Source of the DNA: an uncultured virus (IMG/VR IMGVR_UViG_3300044540_000246)
Taxonomy: Duplodnaviria > Heunggongvirae > Uroviricota > Caudoviricetes
Direction: 5' to 3' (one strand)
Virus record (IMG/VR): IMGVR_UViG_3300044540_000246
Length of the DNA stretch: 64,000 bases
The notes under the pieces are model-generated. The model did not search any database. It saw only the letters and a list, made by a program, of their open reading frames with translations, and was not told where the DNA came from. A program made the translations under genes and the position numbers. Shown here piece by piece: positions 20,249 through 30,747 of the stretch (its first letter is position 1; the number at the start of each line of letters is the position of its first letter).

Positions 20249-21589
20249 TCAGAACGCTCCGTCGGCGACCTGAAAGGTCGGTAGGCGCAGCTGACGACGC
20301 CAAAGGTCGATCATTTGGTCGCGGTCGTCGAGGGCGGCGACGATATAGTACTTTCCGGCGATGTGTTCCCGGAACAGCTCGTGCTTGACGATGAAGTCCG
20401 GGCGCACATCCCCTGCCGCACGCATGTGCAGCGGCAGTCCCGGGGCGACGTGCTCGGTCAACCAAGCGGCGGTCGCGTCGTACGCGGATCCGTCCCGGCC
20501 GGACATGACGGTGACGTGCTGCCCGGCCGCGAGCAGGGCGCGCACGACCGAGACGACCGCCGGGTTCGGCGCGTCCTCTCCGACACGCGCCCAGTCGAAC
20601 GGGCTCCGGTCCCCCATGAGGGCGAGGGTCCCGTCGATGTCGACGATGACGGTGCCGGGTAGGGTCGGGTCGTTGTCGTACGGGGCGAACTTCACCCCGA
20701 CGTGCTCGACGCCGTTCGGCGCCTGGTACGGGCGCCGGAGCTTCGCGGCCTGCCGGGCCATCCTGGCTAGCTCCTCAGCTCCGACGGTTCGTCCTCCGCA
20801 TCGTCCGCGACGCGCGTCGCGGACGATGCACTCCTCGACCGGCACGTCGAGGAACGTGTCGTCGACGATGAACTCAGCCCCTGCTGCTGCGGCGATCTTG
20901 TGCAGCTCGTGCACGGTCCGCAGCGCGAGGTTCGTGTTGTCGATGATGACCAGTCGGACGTTCGGGTCAGATAGTGCCGCGGTGAGCAGCGCGACCCGCA
21001 CGCCCGCGAGCAGGCCTGCGATGTTCCCTTCGCCGTGGCTGGGTCCGCCGAGCATCGACGTGACGAGGTCGTCGTTGTTGATGCGTACGACGGTCCCGGC
21101 CGGCGCGCCGGCGAGGGCCTTGATGGCCGCGGTGCTCTTCCCGGAGCCAGGCAGGCCGCGCAGGGCAACAACTCGCTTCGGCTGGTCGTCCGTGGGGACC
21201 GTCAACGCGGCTGGGATCGGGGTGGCAGCAGCCGCAGCGCGGGCGAGCGCACCGTCGACAAACGCAATGACGTCGGCCACTGCGCTGGTCTCTCCGGAGG
21301 CGGTCAGGGTTGAGCCGCCGCCGTCGAGGCGGACCGCGAACGCGTCATAGATGCCGGCGGGGCTCACTTCGACGACGGTGTGCTGAATCTCGGATAGCCA
21401 CTCGATCGACACGCCGCCATCCTCGATTGGGAACACGCTGGCTCGCTCGAGGCCATCGAGCTCGTCGAGGAGGACCCGCGTGGCGCGAATCGCAGCCGGA
21501 GCGACAGCGACACCTTCCCCTTCGAGCCAGCCGTCGGCGAGGCTGGCGAGGAAGTCGAGCCGGTCGGTGTAGTCGTGCTTGCTCGCCAT
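20249..21589 (-). CDS. Polynucleotide kinase/3'-phosphatase (T4 PseT-like) with N-terminal extra domain
   Basis: P-loop GLPGSGKST, DNTN; HAD motif DIDGTLA, SGR, DDRDQ, QVADG. Confidence 0.92.
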   Translation of the reverse strand: MASKHDYTDRLDFLASLADGWLEGEGVAVAPAAIRATRVLLDELDGLERASVFPIEDGGVSIEWLSEIQHTVVEVSPAGIYDAFAVRLDGGGSTLTASGETSAVADVIAFVDGALARAAAAATPIPAALTVPTDDQPKRVVALRGLPGSGKSTAAIKALAGAPAGTVVRINNDDLVTSMLGGPSHGEGNIAGLLAGVRVALLTAALSDPNVRLVIIDNTNLALRTVHELHKIAAAAGAEFIVDDTFLDVPVEECIVRDARRGRCGGRTVGAEELARMARQAAKLRRPYQAPNGVEHVGVKFAPYDNDPTLPGTVIVDIDGTLALMGDRSPFDWARVGEDAPNPAVVSVVRALLAAGQHVTVMSGRDGSAYDATAAWLTEHVAPGLPLHMRAAGDVRPDFIVKHELFREHIAGKYYIVAALDDRDQMIDLWRRQLRLPTFQVADGAF

Positions 21590-21633
21590 GAGAGGTGTCG
21601 GGTCCTTACTTGTCTGGTCGAGTCGGTACGGGG

Positions 21634-22317
21634 TCAGGGGAGGTGGGCGTTGCGGAACGCGACGAGGAACTCGTTGATGGCATCCAGGTCGGGCTGCTCA
21701 GGCAGGGGGCTGGGGGCGCCCGCGGCGGGAAATGCGGCCTCACGGGCGGCGTACTCGACTGCGATCGTGTCGATGTCCCAGGTGGACACGGCGGCGTAGA
21801 ACTCACGGTCGGCGACGCGTACGGTGAGACGCCCGGTGGTGTACAGCGCTTGCCCCTGCTCGATGAGGCGGAACAGGTGCCGGGCGTGCTTCGAGGTTCG
21901 TGCGCGGGTGTCTGAGGAGAACGAATCGCCGCGGGCGGACAGCTTCTTGAACTGGGCCTCGGCGTACCCGAGGTAGGCGTTGCGGACCTTCTCCCGGGAC
22001 AGGAACGCATCTCGGATCGAGATGAGGTCGGTGCCCCACTGCGTCTCGACGTCGTAGCTGTCGAGCCACAGCAGCTCGGAGACGGTCGGGTTGCACGCCA
22101 TTGCGAGGCGGACGAACTTGGCCAGTTCGTGGCGGGTGACGTCGGGCTCGTGGGACGCGAACGTCTCCGGGAGGACCCGGCCGACCTTCCACAGCTCCGA
22201 CGACGGGTAGGCGAACACGCCGAGGCGGTCCAGGTCCGACCCGGCGTGCGCGAGACCGTACGCGGTCGAGCCGACCACTCCGGTCAGCAGTTCGATCTGC
22301 TCCACTGTCTTCTCCAC
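21634..22317 (-). CDS. Pol-beta superfamily nucleotidyltransferase (RlaP-like)
   Basis: GSTAYGLA...SDLDRLGVF, NPTVSELLW, KHARHLFRL. Confidence 0.85.
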   Translation of the reverse strand: MEKTVEQIELLTGVVGSTAYGLAHAGSDLDRLGVFAYPSSELWKVGRVLPETFASHEPDVTRHELAKFVRLAMACNPTVSELLWLDSYDVETQWGTDLISIRDAFLSREKVRNAYLGYAEAQFKKLSARGDSFSSDTRARTSKHARHLFRLIEQGQALYTTGRLTVRVADREFYAAVSTWDIDTIAVEYAAREAAFPAAGAPSPLPEQPDLDAINEFLVAFRNAHLP

Positions 22318-22375
22318 ACCGAAGAGTATAGGCCCCCTGTACAGCATTCCGGACCGCGCTGTCGGCGCGGCGCGG

Positions 22376-22837
22376 TCAGTTCGAGGACACCCCTGTCGAT
22401 CCGAACCCGCCGTCCCCGCGCTCGGTCTCGTCGAGCTCCTCGACCTGAACCCATTCATCGAGCGCGACCGGCATCACCGCGAACTGCGCGATCCGGTCGC
22501 CGCGCTCGACCCAGGCAGTCTGCGACCCCAGGTTCACCAGGACGACCCCGACCTCACCGCGGTACCCGGCATCGACCAGCCCCGGCGCGTTCAGGACGGT
22601 CAGACCCTGCTTGGCCGCCAAACCCGATCGGGGCAGGACGAACCCGCCGTACCCGAACGGCACCGCGACAGCCAGGCCCGTAGGGACGACTGCACGCTCC
22701 CCAGGCGCGAGCTTCACCGAGACGCGGGCATGTAGGTCTACGGCGCCGTCGCCGGCCCGGGCGCGCCGCGGCGCTGGGAGGGTGGGATCTAGGAGGACGA
22801 AACGGGTCGCGGGGTCATGGTGCGTGCTGTTGGTCAC
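22376..22837 (-). CDS. dut: dUTPase
   Basis: PRSGLA, GLVDAGYRGE, GDRIAQ, RGDGGFGSTG. Confidence 0.97.
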   Translation of the reverse strand: MTNSTHHDPATRFVLLDPTLPAPRRARAGDGAVDLHARVSVKLAPGERAVVPTGLAVAVPFGYGGFVLPRSGLAAKQGLTVLNAPGLVDAGYRGEVGVVLVNLGSQTAWVERGDRIAQFAVMPVALDEWVQVEELDETERGDGGFGSTGVSSN

Positions 22838-22911
22838 GACGATGCCATCGGCCCCGGACTGGCCCGCCGGTTAGGGCCCCCTCGCACACCCACCACCGAA
22901 AGGCGCACCCG

Positions 22912-24594
22912 ATGGCTCACCGCGACCGCACCCTGCGCCACGCCCGCACCGGCCGTTTCGCCGGATCTCTGCCCGGCCCGGCGCCCACAGCACCGCCCGC
23001 CGCGCCGGTCCCCGCGCCTGCAAGCTTCGCCGCCATGATGCGGCTCAACCTCGACGCAGCCGCGCAGCACCTGGGCGTCGCAGATCGAACTCCGGCTGTC
23101 GACTGCCCCAACTGCGGCACCTCCCGCACTCGAGGCCAAGCCCACCGCTGCGCCGCGCTCGGCCTTGTCCCCGTCGACGGGCCGACCGGGAAGGTCCTCG
23201 CCGCGATTCGGCTGGCCGGCGGCCGCCCCCTCTTGGTCGGCGGCGCCGTCCGTGACGCGTTGCACGCACGACTCGGTGGGACCGCCCAGGCTGCGCCGAA
23301 GGACGTCGACATCGAAGTGTTCGACCTGCCATCGTTCGACCCCCTCATGCCCGCCCTGACCCGCCTGGCGCGCGTCGACGAAGCCGGACGCTCGTGGGGC
23401 GTCCTCAAGCTCGCCGTCGACGGGACCGACTTCGACATCTCCATGCCCCGCACCGAGACCAAGGACGGCGACGGGCACCGCGGGTTCGCTGTCTTTACTG
23501 ACCCGCACCTCGGCGAGGTCGAAGCAGCGGGCCGCCGCGACTTCACCATCAACGCGATGGGCTACGACCCCGAGACCGGCGAGCTCGTCGACCCGTACGG
23601 CGGCGCAGCGGACCTCGCCGCCGGCGCCCTGCGGCACACGACCAAACGGTTCGCCGAAGACCCGCTCCGCGTCCTGCGCGCCGCGATGTTCGCCGCCCGC
23701 TACAACCTCACCCTCGACCCCGCCACCGTCGAACTCGCCGCGTCGATCAGCGACCAGTTTGACACCATCGCAAAGGAACGCGTGTGGGGCGAACTGGTCA
23801 AACTGACCGGGAAAGGGACCCGCATCTCCGCCGGCCTCGACGTCCTCCACGCCACCGACTGGGAGCGGCACTTCCCCGAGCTCGCCGCCTGCCGCGACGT
23901 CCCCCAAGATCCAGCCCATCACGCCGAAGGGCCCGTCCACATCCATCTGGGCCTCGCCGCCGACGCTGCCGCCGCGATCGCCGAACGGGACGGCCTAGCT
24001 GAACAGGACAGGCACCTGCTCGTCCTCGCCGCCCTATGCCACGACTTCGGTAAAGCAGCGCCCGGCGGCACCCAGATCCACTACCGCGACAACGGGACGG
24101 TCGAGAAGATCACCAGTCGCGGTCACGCCCAGCTCGGCCGCGACGCCACCCGAGCGTTCCTGGTCCGCCTCGGCGCCCCTGAGAGGACAGTCCGCCGAGT
24201 CGTCGCGCTCGTCGGCGAGCACATGTCCCACGCCTCCGCAGACGGCACACCGACACCGACCGCTGTTCGTCGCCTCGCCCGCCGCCTCGACGCTGCCGAC
24301 CTGACCCTCCACGACTGGGCCCGCCTCGTCGAAGCGGACACATCAGGCCGGGGGCCGTCATCGAAGGCATCGCCCGCCGACGCGTGGCTCGCCGTCGCCG
24401 CACGCCTGCCCGCCGGCGGCCGCGCCGCTGCACCGCTACTGCGCGGGGAGGACCTTATCGCTGCCGGCCTGACGCCGGGCCGCTCATTCTCCAGCATCAT
24501 CTCCGCGTCGATCGCAGCACAGGACGCGGGCGAGTTCACCGACGCGGCAGGCGCCCGCGCCTGGCTTGCGCGGCATCTGGTAGGCAACGCATAA
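22912..24594 (+). CDS. cca: CCA-adding tRNA nucleotidyltransferase with HD domain
   Basis: VGGAVRD, KDVDIE, RRDFTINA, EDPLRVLR, CHDFGK. Confidence 0.92.
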   Translation: MAHRDRTLRHARTGRFAGSLPGPAPTAPPAAPVPAPASFAAMMRLNLDAAAQHLGVADRTPAVDCPNCGTSRTRGQAHRCAALGLVPVDGPTGKVLAAIRLAGGRPLLVGGAVRDALHARLGGTAQAAPKDVDIEVFDLPSFDPLMPALTRLARVDEAGRSWGVLKLAVDGTDFDISMPRTETKDGDGHRGFAVFTDPHLGEVEAAGRRDFTINAMGYDPETGELVDPYGGAADLAAGALRHTTKRFAEDPLRVLRAAMFAARYNLTLDPATVELAASISDQFDTIAKERVWGELVKLTGKGTRISAGLDVLHATDWERHFPELAACRDVPQDPAHHAEGPVHIHLGLAADAAAAIAERDGLAEQDRHLLVLAALCHDFGKAAPGGTQIHYRDNGTVEKITSRGHAQLGRDATRAFLVRLGAPERTVRRVVALVGEHMSHASADGTPTPTAVRRLARRLDAADLTLHDWARLVEADTSGRGPSSKASPADAWLAVAARLPAGGRAAAPLLRGEDLIAAGLTPGRSFSSIISASIAAQDAGEFTDAAGARAWLARHLVGNA

Positions 24595-24871
24595 GAGCCG
24601 GCGCCCACCCCTTACTGCGGGGTGAATGCCGGCTCTCCCGGAACCAGCATCCGCGTCACCGTCCAACACCCTTACCCACGTCGCGCCAGCGGGCGTTCAA
24701 TGCCAGCTGCGACGATCGAGGAGTGCGTTCAGGGCGGCGAAAGGAGTAGCTGCCCGGGGACTGCCGCAGCGCGGATGCTTCCCGACTGCTTACCTACGAC
24801 AATAGACACCTCCTCCGACATTCCCCTTGAGCCGATGGAAGGGCATGAAACTGGACCCCGGAGAGGACCCC

Positions 24872-25285
24872 ATGCCGACCGCACCCGCTCGTAGGACCCT
24901 GGCCGTCGTACCCCTGCTTACCATCGCAATCATGCTGGCTGGCTGTACCTCCACCCCCGAACCCGCACCGACCGCGGCACCCACCGAAACGGTTCCCGCC
25001 GATCGTTCCGTCACCGCCGACCTGAACACAGCCGACGGGAAGGTGTTCAGAATCTCGACCGACTTCGGCGCCCTCACTCTCCAAACCGACCCGTCCCAGT
25101 ACACCGACTGGACAGGCGTCACCGACAGTGAAGACTTCGTCTGGATCGAACCCGCCGGAAGCGACGGCGCCGGCGGCGGATGGCCCGCCCAAATCAAGGC
25201 GTACGGCGAACCGGGAACGACCACGGTCACTTTCACGCAAGCCAGCACCGGAACGACGGTGACCTTCACCGTTGTCGTGGAGTAG
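24872..25285 (+). CDS. Lipoprotein
   Basis: Signal peptide with LAGC lipobox; GGAGAGG RBS. Confidence 0.75.
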   Translation: MPTAPARRTLAVVPLLTIAIMLAGCTSTPEPAPTAAPTETVPADRSVTADLNTADGKVFRISTDFGALTLQTDPSQYTDWTGVTDSEDFVWIEPAGSDGAGGGWPAQIKAYGEPGTTTVTFTQASTGTTVTFTVVVE

Positions 25286-25366
25286 CAGCCACGAGCTATC
25301 TGGCCCTGATAGGGACGACGCCGGCCACGCAGCTTGGCCGGCCACTGACCTGGACCGAGACCTCAC

Positions 25367-25960
25367 ATGACCTCAACAAAACCCCCACGACCCACCCGCA
25401 ACCGGATGCGTGCAGCCAGCATCACAGTCATCGCAGCAATCGTCGCCGTCACCGGCCTCCCAGCCCAAGCGGCGGAAACTGAAACGCTCCCGCGCTCCGC
25501 AACCCCGATCCGTGGAATACAGAGCTTTGTCACTGCCGGAAGTGCCAACATCCCCGACGCGGAAGTCGCGACCTACACAGTCGAAACTCCGAAACTCGTA
25601 GCCAACCACTGGGTGGTTCCCGCCGAGACCGGTTCGGCCGCTTTCGACACTGCGCGCAGTCAGATCGGAACACCTTACGTCTTCGCCGGTTCGTCCCCGT
25701 CCGGGTTCGACTGCTCCGGCCTGGTGAAGTTCGCTTTCGCTGCAGTAGGCATTCAACTCCCCCACTCCGCCGGCGACCAAGCCCGCCTGGGAACGTCAAT
25801 TCCTCGCAGTGAAGCCCGCTACGGCGACCTGATCTACATGGCGGGCCACATTGGCTTCTGGGCAGGACCAGGACTCATCCTCGACGCACCCCAAGCAGGC
25901 GGAGTGGTCAGCATCCGCCCGCTGTGGACCGACGCCTACACCGTCATTCGGATCGGTTGA
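25367..25960 (+). CDS. NlpC/P60 (C40) peptidoglycan peptidase, secreted
   Basis: Signal peptide; GTPYVFAG...GFDCSGL, GHIG. Confidence 0.93.
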   Translation: MTSTKPPRPTRNRMRAASITVIAAIVAVTGLPAQAAETETLPRSATPIRGIQSFVTAGSANIPDAEVATYTVETPKLVANHWVVPAETGSAAFDTARSQIGTPYVFAGSSPSGFDCSGLVKFAFAAVGIQLPHSAGDQARLGTSIPRSEARYGDLIYMAGHIGFWAGPGLILDAPQAGGVVSIRPLWTDAYTVIRIG

Positions 25961-25969
25961 CCTCGGAGA

Positions 25970-26006
25970 CACGTACGGCGCCCGGTATGCGCGGGCGCCG
26001 TACGTG
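25970..26006. terminator. Hairpin terminator between convergent genes
   Basis: CACGTACGGCGCCCG...CGGGCGCCGTACGTG. Confidence 0.75.
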
Positions 26007-26017
26007 CGAGAGTCGAC

Positions 26018-26635
26018 CTAGGCGGCAGCGTCGAGGATCCGCTTACCTTCGTCTGTGATGCCGAACTCGATCAGAAGATCCACACCCCAGTCCGACCCCG
26101 CTTCCTGGATGAAGACCTGGACCGGCAGCCCCGTCGCCTTGGAGACCGTGAAGGTGAACTTCGCCCCGTCTGGGAGGCTTGTGATGACGACGGCGAAGTC
26201 GGCATCTTCGGCGACAACTTCGGACTCGAGCGTCGCTCCGGCATCGAGCGCAGCCTGAAGTCGGCCGAACTCGACGTACTGCAAAGCCGACTGGTCATCC
26301 TGCGTGGGGAGCGCGACCACGTTCGACGGGTCATCGAGGTAGCCCATCGCAACCTGCTTGCCTTGCGCGCGAGACGGGTCGTAAGCAACGACGGCGAGGC
26401 CGTTGCCGCCCTCGACCGGGGTGAACGTGATGCCGTTCTCTTGCAGTGACGCGATCGAGTCACCGACCAGTCGGCTGACGTCGCTGAGCTCGGCCGTGCT
26501 TGGGCTGTCCGACGGTTCGGCCGGGGCGGAGCTCGACGTGCCGGGAGCCTCGACCTGTCCGGGCGTGCAGCCGGTGAGGGCGAATACACCGGTCAGGGCT
26601 ACGGCGGTCAGGGCGGTGGCTGTACGGGCGCGCAT
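26018..26635 (-). CDS. Lipoprotein
   Basis: MRARTATA...LTGC lipobox; AAGGAG RBS. Confidence 0.8.
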   Translation of the reverse strand: MRARTATALTAVALTGVFALTGCTPGQVEAPGTSSSAPAEPSDSPSTAELSDVSRLVGDSIASLQENGITFTPVEGGNGLAVVAYDPSRAQGKQVAMGYLDDPSNVVALPTQDDQSALQYVEFGRLQAALDAGATLESEVVAEDADFAVVITSLPDGAKFTFTVSKATGLPVQVFIQEAGSDWGVDLLIEFGITDEGKRILDAAA

Positions 26636-26769
26636 GCGTTCTCCTTGAAGTGTGGGGTTCCGCTTCGTTATCGGCTCGAATGATGAAAGCGCGGTAACGC
26701 CGTACAGGTATGCTATACTCTTCGAGGCGGGATCTACCTGGGTCGCCGTCCAACACGAAAGGCACCGGC

Positions 26770-27282
26770 ATGGCACAACAGCGCAGCACATCCAGCGAGG
26801 AGACGACACCTCGCCGCCGCCCGCTGTTCGCCGCCGCCGTCGCCGCCGCGCTCGTCCTGCCGATCGTCAGCGTGCTTGTCACCGCAACTGTCCTCGCGGG
26901 TCAGCGTCCCGCAACTCAACTGGCTACACCCGGCCCGACGGTCACCAGGACCGCTACGCCCACGCCCGCCGAGACATCTCCTGCCCCCATCGTCACCGGC
27001 ATTCCCATCGAATCCCCGGACGACCCGCTGCTGGACCAGCTCACCACGGACCAGACGAAGATGCAGGCATGCAAGTTCTTCCTCGGCAACATCAACAGCG
27101 CCGAGTGGAGCACCACCATCGAACAGTTCGTATCCCTGTTCGCAACAGCCGCGACACTCACGACCGACGAGAAACTCAAGTCCATCTTCGACGCCCAGGT
27201 CGCCTACGCGACAAAGGCCGGCTTCCCCGACAACTCACTCACCGCCGACGCGGTAGATGCGTGCTCCTCCCCCGCATACTGA
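26770..27282 (+). CDS. Membrane-anchored hypothetical protein
   Basis: N-terminal TM, Pro/Thr linker, Cys pair. Confidence 0.7.
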   Translation: MAQQRSTSSEETTPRRRPLFAAAVAAALVLPIVSVLVTATVLAGQRPATQLATPGPTVTRTATPTPAETSPAPIVTGIPIESPDDPLLDQLTTDQTKMQACKFFLGNINSAEWSTTIEQFVSLFATAATLTTDEKLKSIFDAQVAYATKAGFPDNSLTADAVDACSSPAY

Positions 27283-27298
27283 CCCCCCCCTCCCCTCC

Positions 27299-27354
27299 GA
27301 GCGGACACAGCAAAGCCCTACCTCTCCACCGGTAGGGCTTTGCTGTGTCCGCTC
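27299..27354. terminator. 24-bp perfect inverted repeat, probable terminator
   Basis: GAGCGGACACAGCAAAGCCCTACC-8nt-GGTAGGGCTTTGCTGTGTCCGCTC. Confidence 0.8.
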
Positions 27355-27432
27355 ACGTGCCACGCCGATAGAGCAAGGAGGAATCCCGCCAACCGCGCCT
27401 AATGATGGACCACATTTCACACAGGAGAGAAC

Positions 27433-29556
27433 GTGCTGAACCGTAAGAATCGTGACAACGGCTTCACCCTCTTCGAGCTGCTCATCGCGATTGGTGTGGT
27501 TGCGCTGCTCGCTGGAATCACAATCCCGCTCGTACTCTCCCAAATGAATGCCGCAGCCCGCAGCATCGCAGTCCAGGACGGCGCTGCCGCCTCCTTCGCG
27601 ATCGCCACCATCACGACGGAGTACACCGACCTTGGCGACGCTCCCATAAACGACCAAACCGCTTTCACCTACTCCGCCGCCTCAAGGCAGCTGACCATGA
27701 CCTTGACGGGCAACGCCCGCCCGGCCAGCCCTCTCACGGCGACCGCCCGCCTCAATCTCACAGAAGGTTCAACGATCAAGTCCTCGGGACTGTCCGGAAC
27801 CGACTGGTGCATCACAATTGCCAACAACGGTCAGTACGCGACGTATACGGCAGCTGCAGGACTTATCGACGGAGCAAGCGACTGCGCCGTCGATGGCAAC
27901 GCGATCAGCGGCGGTGACACCTTCGGTCTCGGTCAGTACCTCGCCGACTCTTACCTGCCCAACAACATCTCACTGGACAGCGAAGGCAGCTTCGCCCCCT
28001 ACACCAGTAACCGAGTTACATGGGACGAGGGAGACCAATGCGATAACGGCAACAGCTACCAGGTCGCGCTGATGGAGAAAGACGGAGTAATCGGCACGTA
28101 CGCGGAGACCCCCGCCTTCCCCGGCGTCACCAATCTTTCCCTGCCCGCCGACTGGTTCGCAGACCAGATCTCACCAACGAACAGAGTTGGTACTTACGGA
28201 CTCCGTCTCCGAACCGTCTGCACCCTCGAAGGAGGGGAAACCGCAACCACGCAATGGACAGCAGTCCAACGATACTCGCCGGACCCCATCGTCGCGCCGC
28301 CCCTTTCCTCGGTCTCCCCATACGAGATCACCTGGCCGTCCTCGACGAGTTGCCCCACCAACTTCCCCGCGCAATACCGCGTTTCCCTCGTTCGAATTGA
28401 CGGCTCCACGGTCGGATCGCCATTCCAAACCTCGAGTTGGATTTCCGGGAACTCGTTCACCATTCCCACCAGCTGGATGCCGCAGTACGGCATCAACTAC
28501 GGCTTCACCGCCGTCGCCCGATGCCAGGACGCAGGCGGAACGACCACAAGCTACATCTCCGCACCCTCCGCCGAGCTCACCATTGGGCTCCCCTTCCGGC
28601 CCCCTCTCTCCCTGACCGGCGTAACCCTCGACAGCCTCGGAACAGGCGACTTCACCGCCGACCGCGTCAGATGGAACGCATCCACCTGCCCGGACGCCGG
28701 CGCCACCCCGTCATACTCCGCCACATTGACCACCCTCACACCCTCCCCGGTTGGCCAGTCCGGACCGCTCACCACAACTTCGTGGGACATGAGTGCGCTG
28801 CTAACAAAAGGAGCTGGCTACGGCGTGCAGGTTTCCGTGACCTGCACAGCATCGGGAGGCGTTGAAAGCGAATCCGTAACGACGCCGTTCCCCATCGACT
28901 GGATCAACGACCCCGATGGCGTCAGGACACTTGCTGTAACCATGTCAACGGTTACAAATCTGGGCGTTGACAACGATAAAATCGATCGCAATACCTCCGC
29001 GACCTGCGTCAATCTCTCCGTTCAGTACAGCGTTGCCGTCACCGATCTGGCGAACTCGGGCGCTACCGTCTACACGACATCGTGGCCGCAAGTTGACGAC
29101 GCGGTTGATCTCACCCACCCAACAGTCGGCCTTCTACAATCTGGCTACTACCAAGTGGAAGCACTCGCCCGATGCACTGATGGCAGCATCGTCTCCCCCG
29201 GCGCACCCTCAATCACTCCGCGCGTCTTCCTCACCCGCCCGTCCACTCCGGTCGCCTCACGACCCACCACTACGTCTATTCGCTTCGATTGGCCCAGTTC
29301 GGGGCCCGATGTCGTATTCGAATACTGCTGGCGCACGGCGTCTAACGTTGGTGCCATCACCGCCGGAAATGGCACCTCAAACAATTCTCTCACCATCACC
29401 GGACTTCCGGCCGGCGCGACCGCCGAACTCAAAGTGAGGGCGAACGTTCAGAACACAACCAACTACAGCACCATTTCGTACACCTCAACCATCGGTACAG
29501 ACACCGCGTCGTTGCGGCCGTGGAACACTCTCTCCGCCACGGCATGCAACCTCTAG
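27433..29556 (+). CDS. Prepilin-type protein with Cys-rich fibronectin III/Ig-like repeats
   Basis: GFTLFELLIAI class III signal; repeated W...C...Y.V...C beta-sandwich units; AGGAG RBS. Confidence 0.85.
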   Translation: MLNRKNRDNGFTLFELLIAIGVVALLAGITIPLVLSQMNAAARSIAVQDGAAASFAIATITTEYTDLGDAPINDQTAFTYSAASRQLTMTLTGNARPASPLTATARLNLTEGSTIKSSGLSGTDWCITIANNGQYATYTAAAGLIDGASDCAVDGNAISGGDTFGLGQYLADSYLPNNISLDSEGSFAPYTSNRVTWDEGDQCDNGNSYQVALMEKDGVIGTYAETPAFPGVTNLSLPADWFADQISPTNRVGTYGLRLRTVCTLEGGETATTQWTAVQRYSPDPIVAPPLSSVSPYEITWPSSTSCPTNFPAQYRVSLVRIDGSTVGSPFQTSSWISGNSFTIPTSWMPQYGINYGFTAVARCQDAGGTTTSYISAPSAELTIGLPFRPPLSLTGVTLDSLGTGDFTADRVRWNASTCPDAGATPSYSATLTTLTPSPVGQSGPLTTTSWDMSALLTKGAGYGVQVSVTCTASGGVESESVTTPFPIDWINDPDGVRTLAVTMSTVTNLGVDNDKIDRNTSATCVNLSVQYSVAVTDLANSGATVYTTSWPQVDDAVDLTHPTVGLLQSGYYQVEALARCTDGSIVSPGAPSITPRVFLTRPSTPVASRPTTTSIRFDWPSSGPDVVFEYCWRTASNVGAITAGNGTSNNSLTITGLPAGATAELKVRANVQNTTNYSTISYTSTIGTDTASLRPWNTLSATACNL

Positions 29557-29680
29557 GAACCCCACTTCCGGGCAGTGCGCCAGGCTTTACGAGAATGGCG
29601 CACTGCCCTGAAGTGGCCGGCCGGAGCACCACATCGAACATTCCCGGTCGGTGCGGCGGCAACCCCCAAGAAGCCCCCGC

Positions 29681-29995
29681 ATGAGCGACCCCGTCCTGGT
29701 CGTCATTACCGTCCCGAACGCCACCGCCGCCCACGAGCTGGCCGCCGCCATGGTTGAGCAGCGTCTCGCTGCTGCCGTGCACATCGCACCCGTCGCCACC
29801 GTCTACCGGTGGGAGGGCCGCGTCGTCCGAGACGACGAGCACACGGCGACCGTCCGCACCTTCGCTGACCGCATCGACGCGATCAATACCCTGATGCACA
29901 AGCTGCACCCCTACCAGGTGCCGCCCATCCTCGTGCACCCCGTCAACATCCCCTCACCCCAGTACGAGGACTGGATCCGCGCCTCCACCCGCTGA
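29681..29995 (+). CDS. cutA: CutA divalent-cation tolerance protein
   Basis: LAAAV, VYRWEG, LHPYQVP, YEDWI. Confidence 0.9.
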   Translation: MSDPVLVVITVPNATAAHELAAAMVEQRLAAAVHIAPVATVYRWEGRVVRDDEHTATVRTFADRIDAINTLMHKLHPYQVPPILVHPVNIPSPQYEDWIRASTR

Positions 29996-30123
29996 CCCCG
30001 AGGACCACAAGAGCCAACTCGGACGTGCCAACCGCTCCCCGCTCCCGGCCGTCCACCCGCCGCGACCGAGACCACGCCAGGATCCGCGGGAACTCGCGGC
30101 GACACGCCGGATTACCACCCCGT

Positions 30124-30420
30124 CGTACAGGGATGCTACACTCGGATAACCACGGGCCACTCCGACAACAAGCCGATAGGATGACCCAGCACCGCAACCC
30201 GCGGCGCACAGACTTCACGGAAGGAGGCAGCACCATGAGGACGAACTCCGTCACCATCACCGCAAGCGTCACCGCCTGCGCGATGAACGCTGCCGCCACC
30301 CAAACCCAGAACCTGGGATCGAAGCGCTTCCTCGGCACCTCCGGGCTCACGACCTGACCTGACCATCACACCAGGACAGTTCCAAGGGCCCCCGCCGACA
30401 GGCGACCGGGGCCCTTTCTC
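30124..30420 (+). promoter_or_regulatory. tRNA block 1 leader: promoter, 40-aa leader ORF (30235-30357), terminator hairpin (30384-30420)
   Basis: CGTACAGG-N5-TACACT; AAGGAGG RBS; AAGGGCCCC...GGGGCCCTTTCT; homologous to 39926-40205. Confidence 0.7.
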
Positions 30421-30678
30421 ATAGGTCCACCCAGTAGCACCCCTCAGACTTCACGGCCCTCCCGCGGGAGGCGCACTAGAACCACTTGACAACTCCACAG
30501 CGGACATGACGAATACGGGCCGACCCCACCGCGCCAACGGTGACCACGGGCAGGTCCGGCAACACACGTGGCACGCCAGACTCGACTCCCCACCATGGGG
30601 GGCGGGCGAGGGCGTTGCTCAACCGCACCCGCGGACGAGCACACCGAGACCTCGAGCGGACGGCCACTCTCGAGGCAC

Positions 30679-30747
30679 GCCTTCCGCGCCGGCGCGCGTC
30701 GGTCACTTGTAATGACTGGCTGCTCGGATCGACACCGAGGGGAGGCT
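30679..30747 (+). tRNA. tRNA-Thr(TGT)-like, degenerate D-arm and T-loop
   Basis: GCCTTCC/GGGAGGC acceptor; GGTCA-CTTGTAA-TGACT; CTCGG-ATCGACA-CCGAG. Confidence 0.55.
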
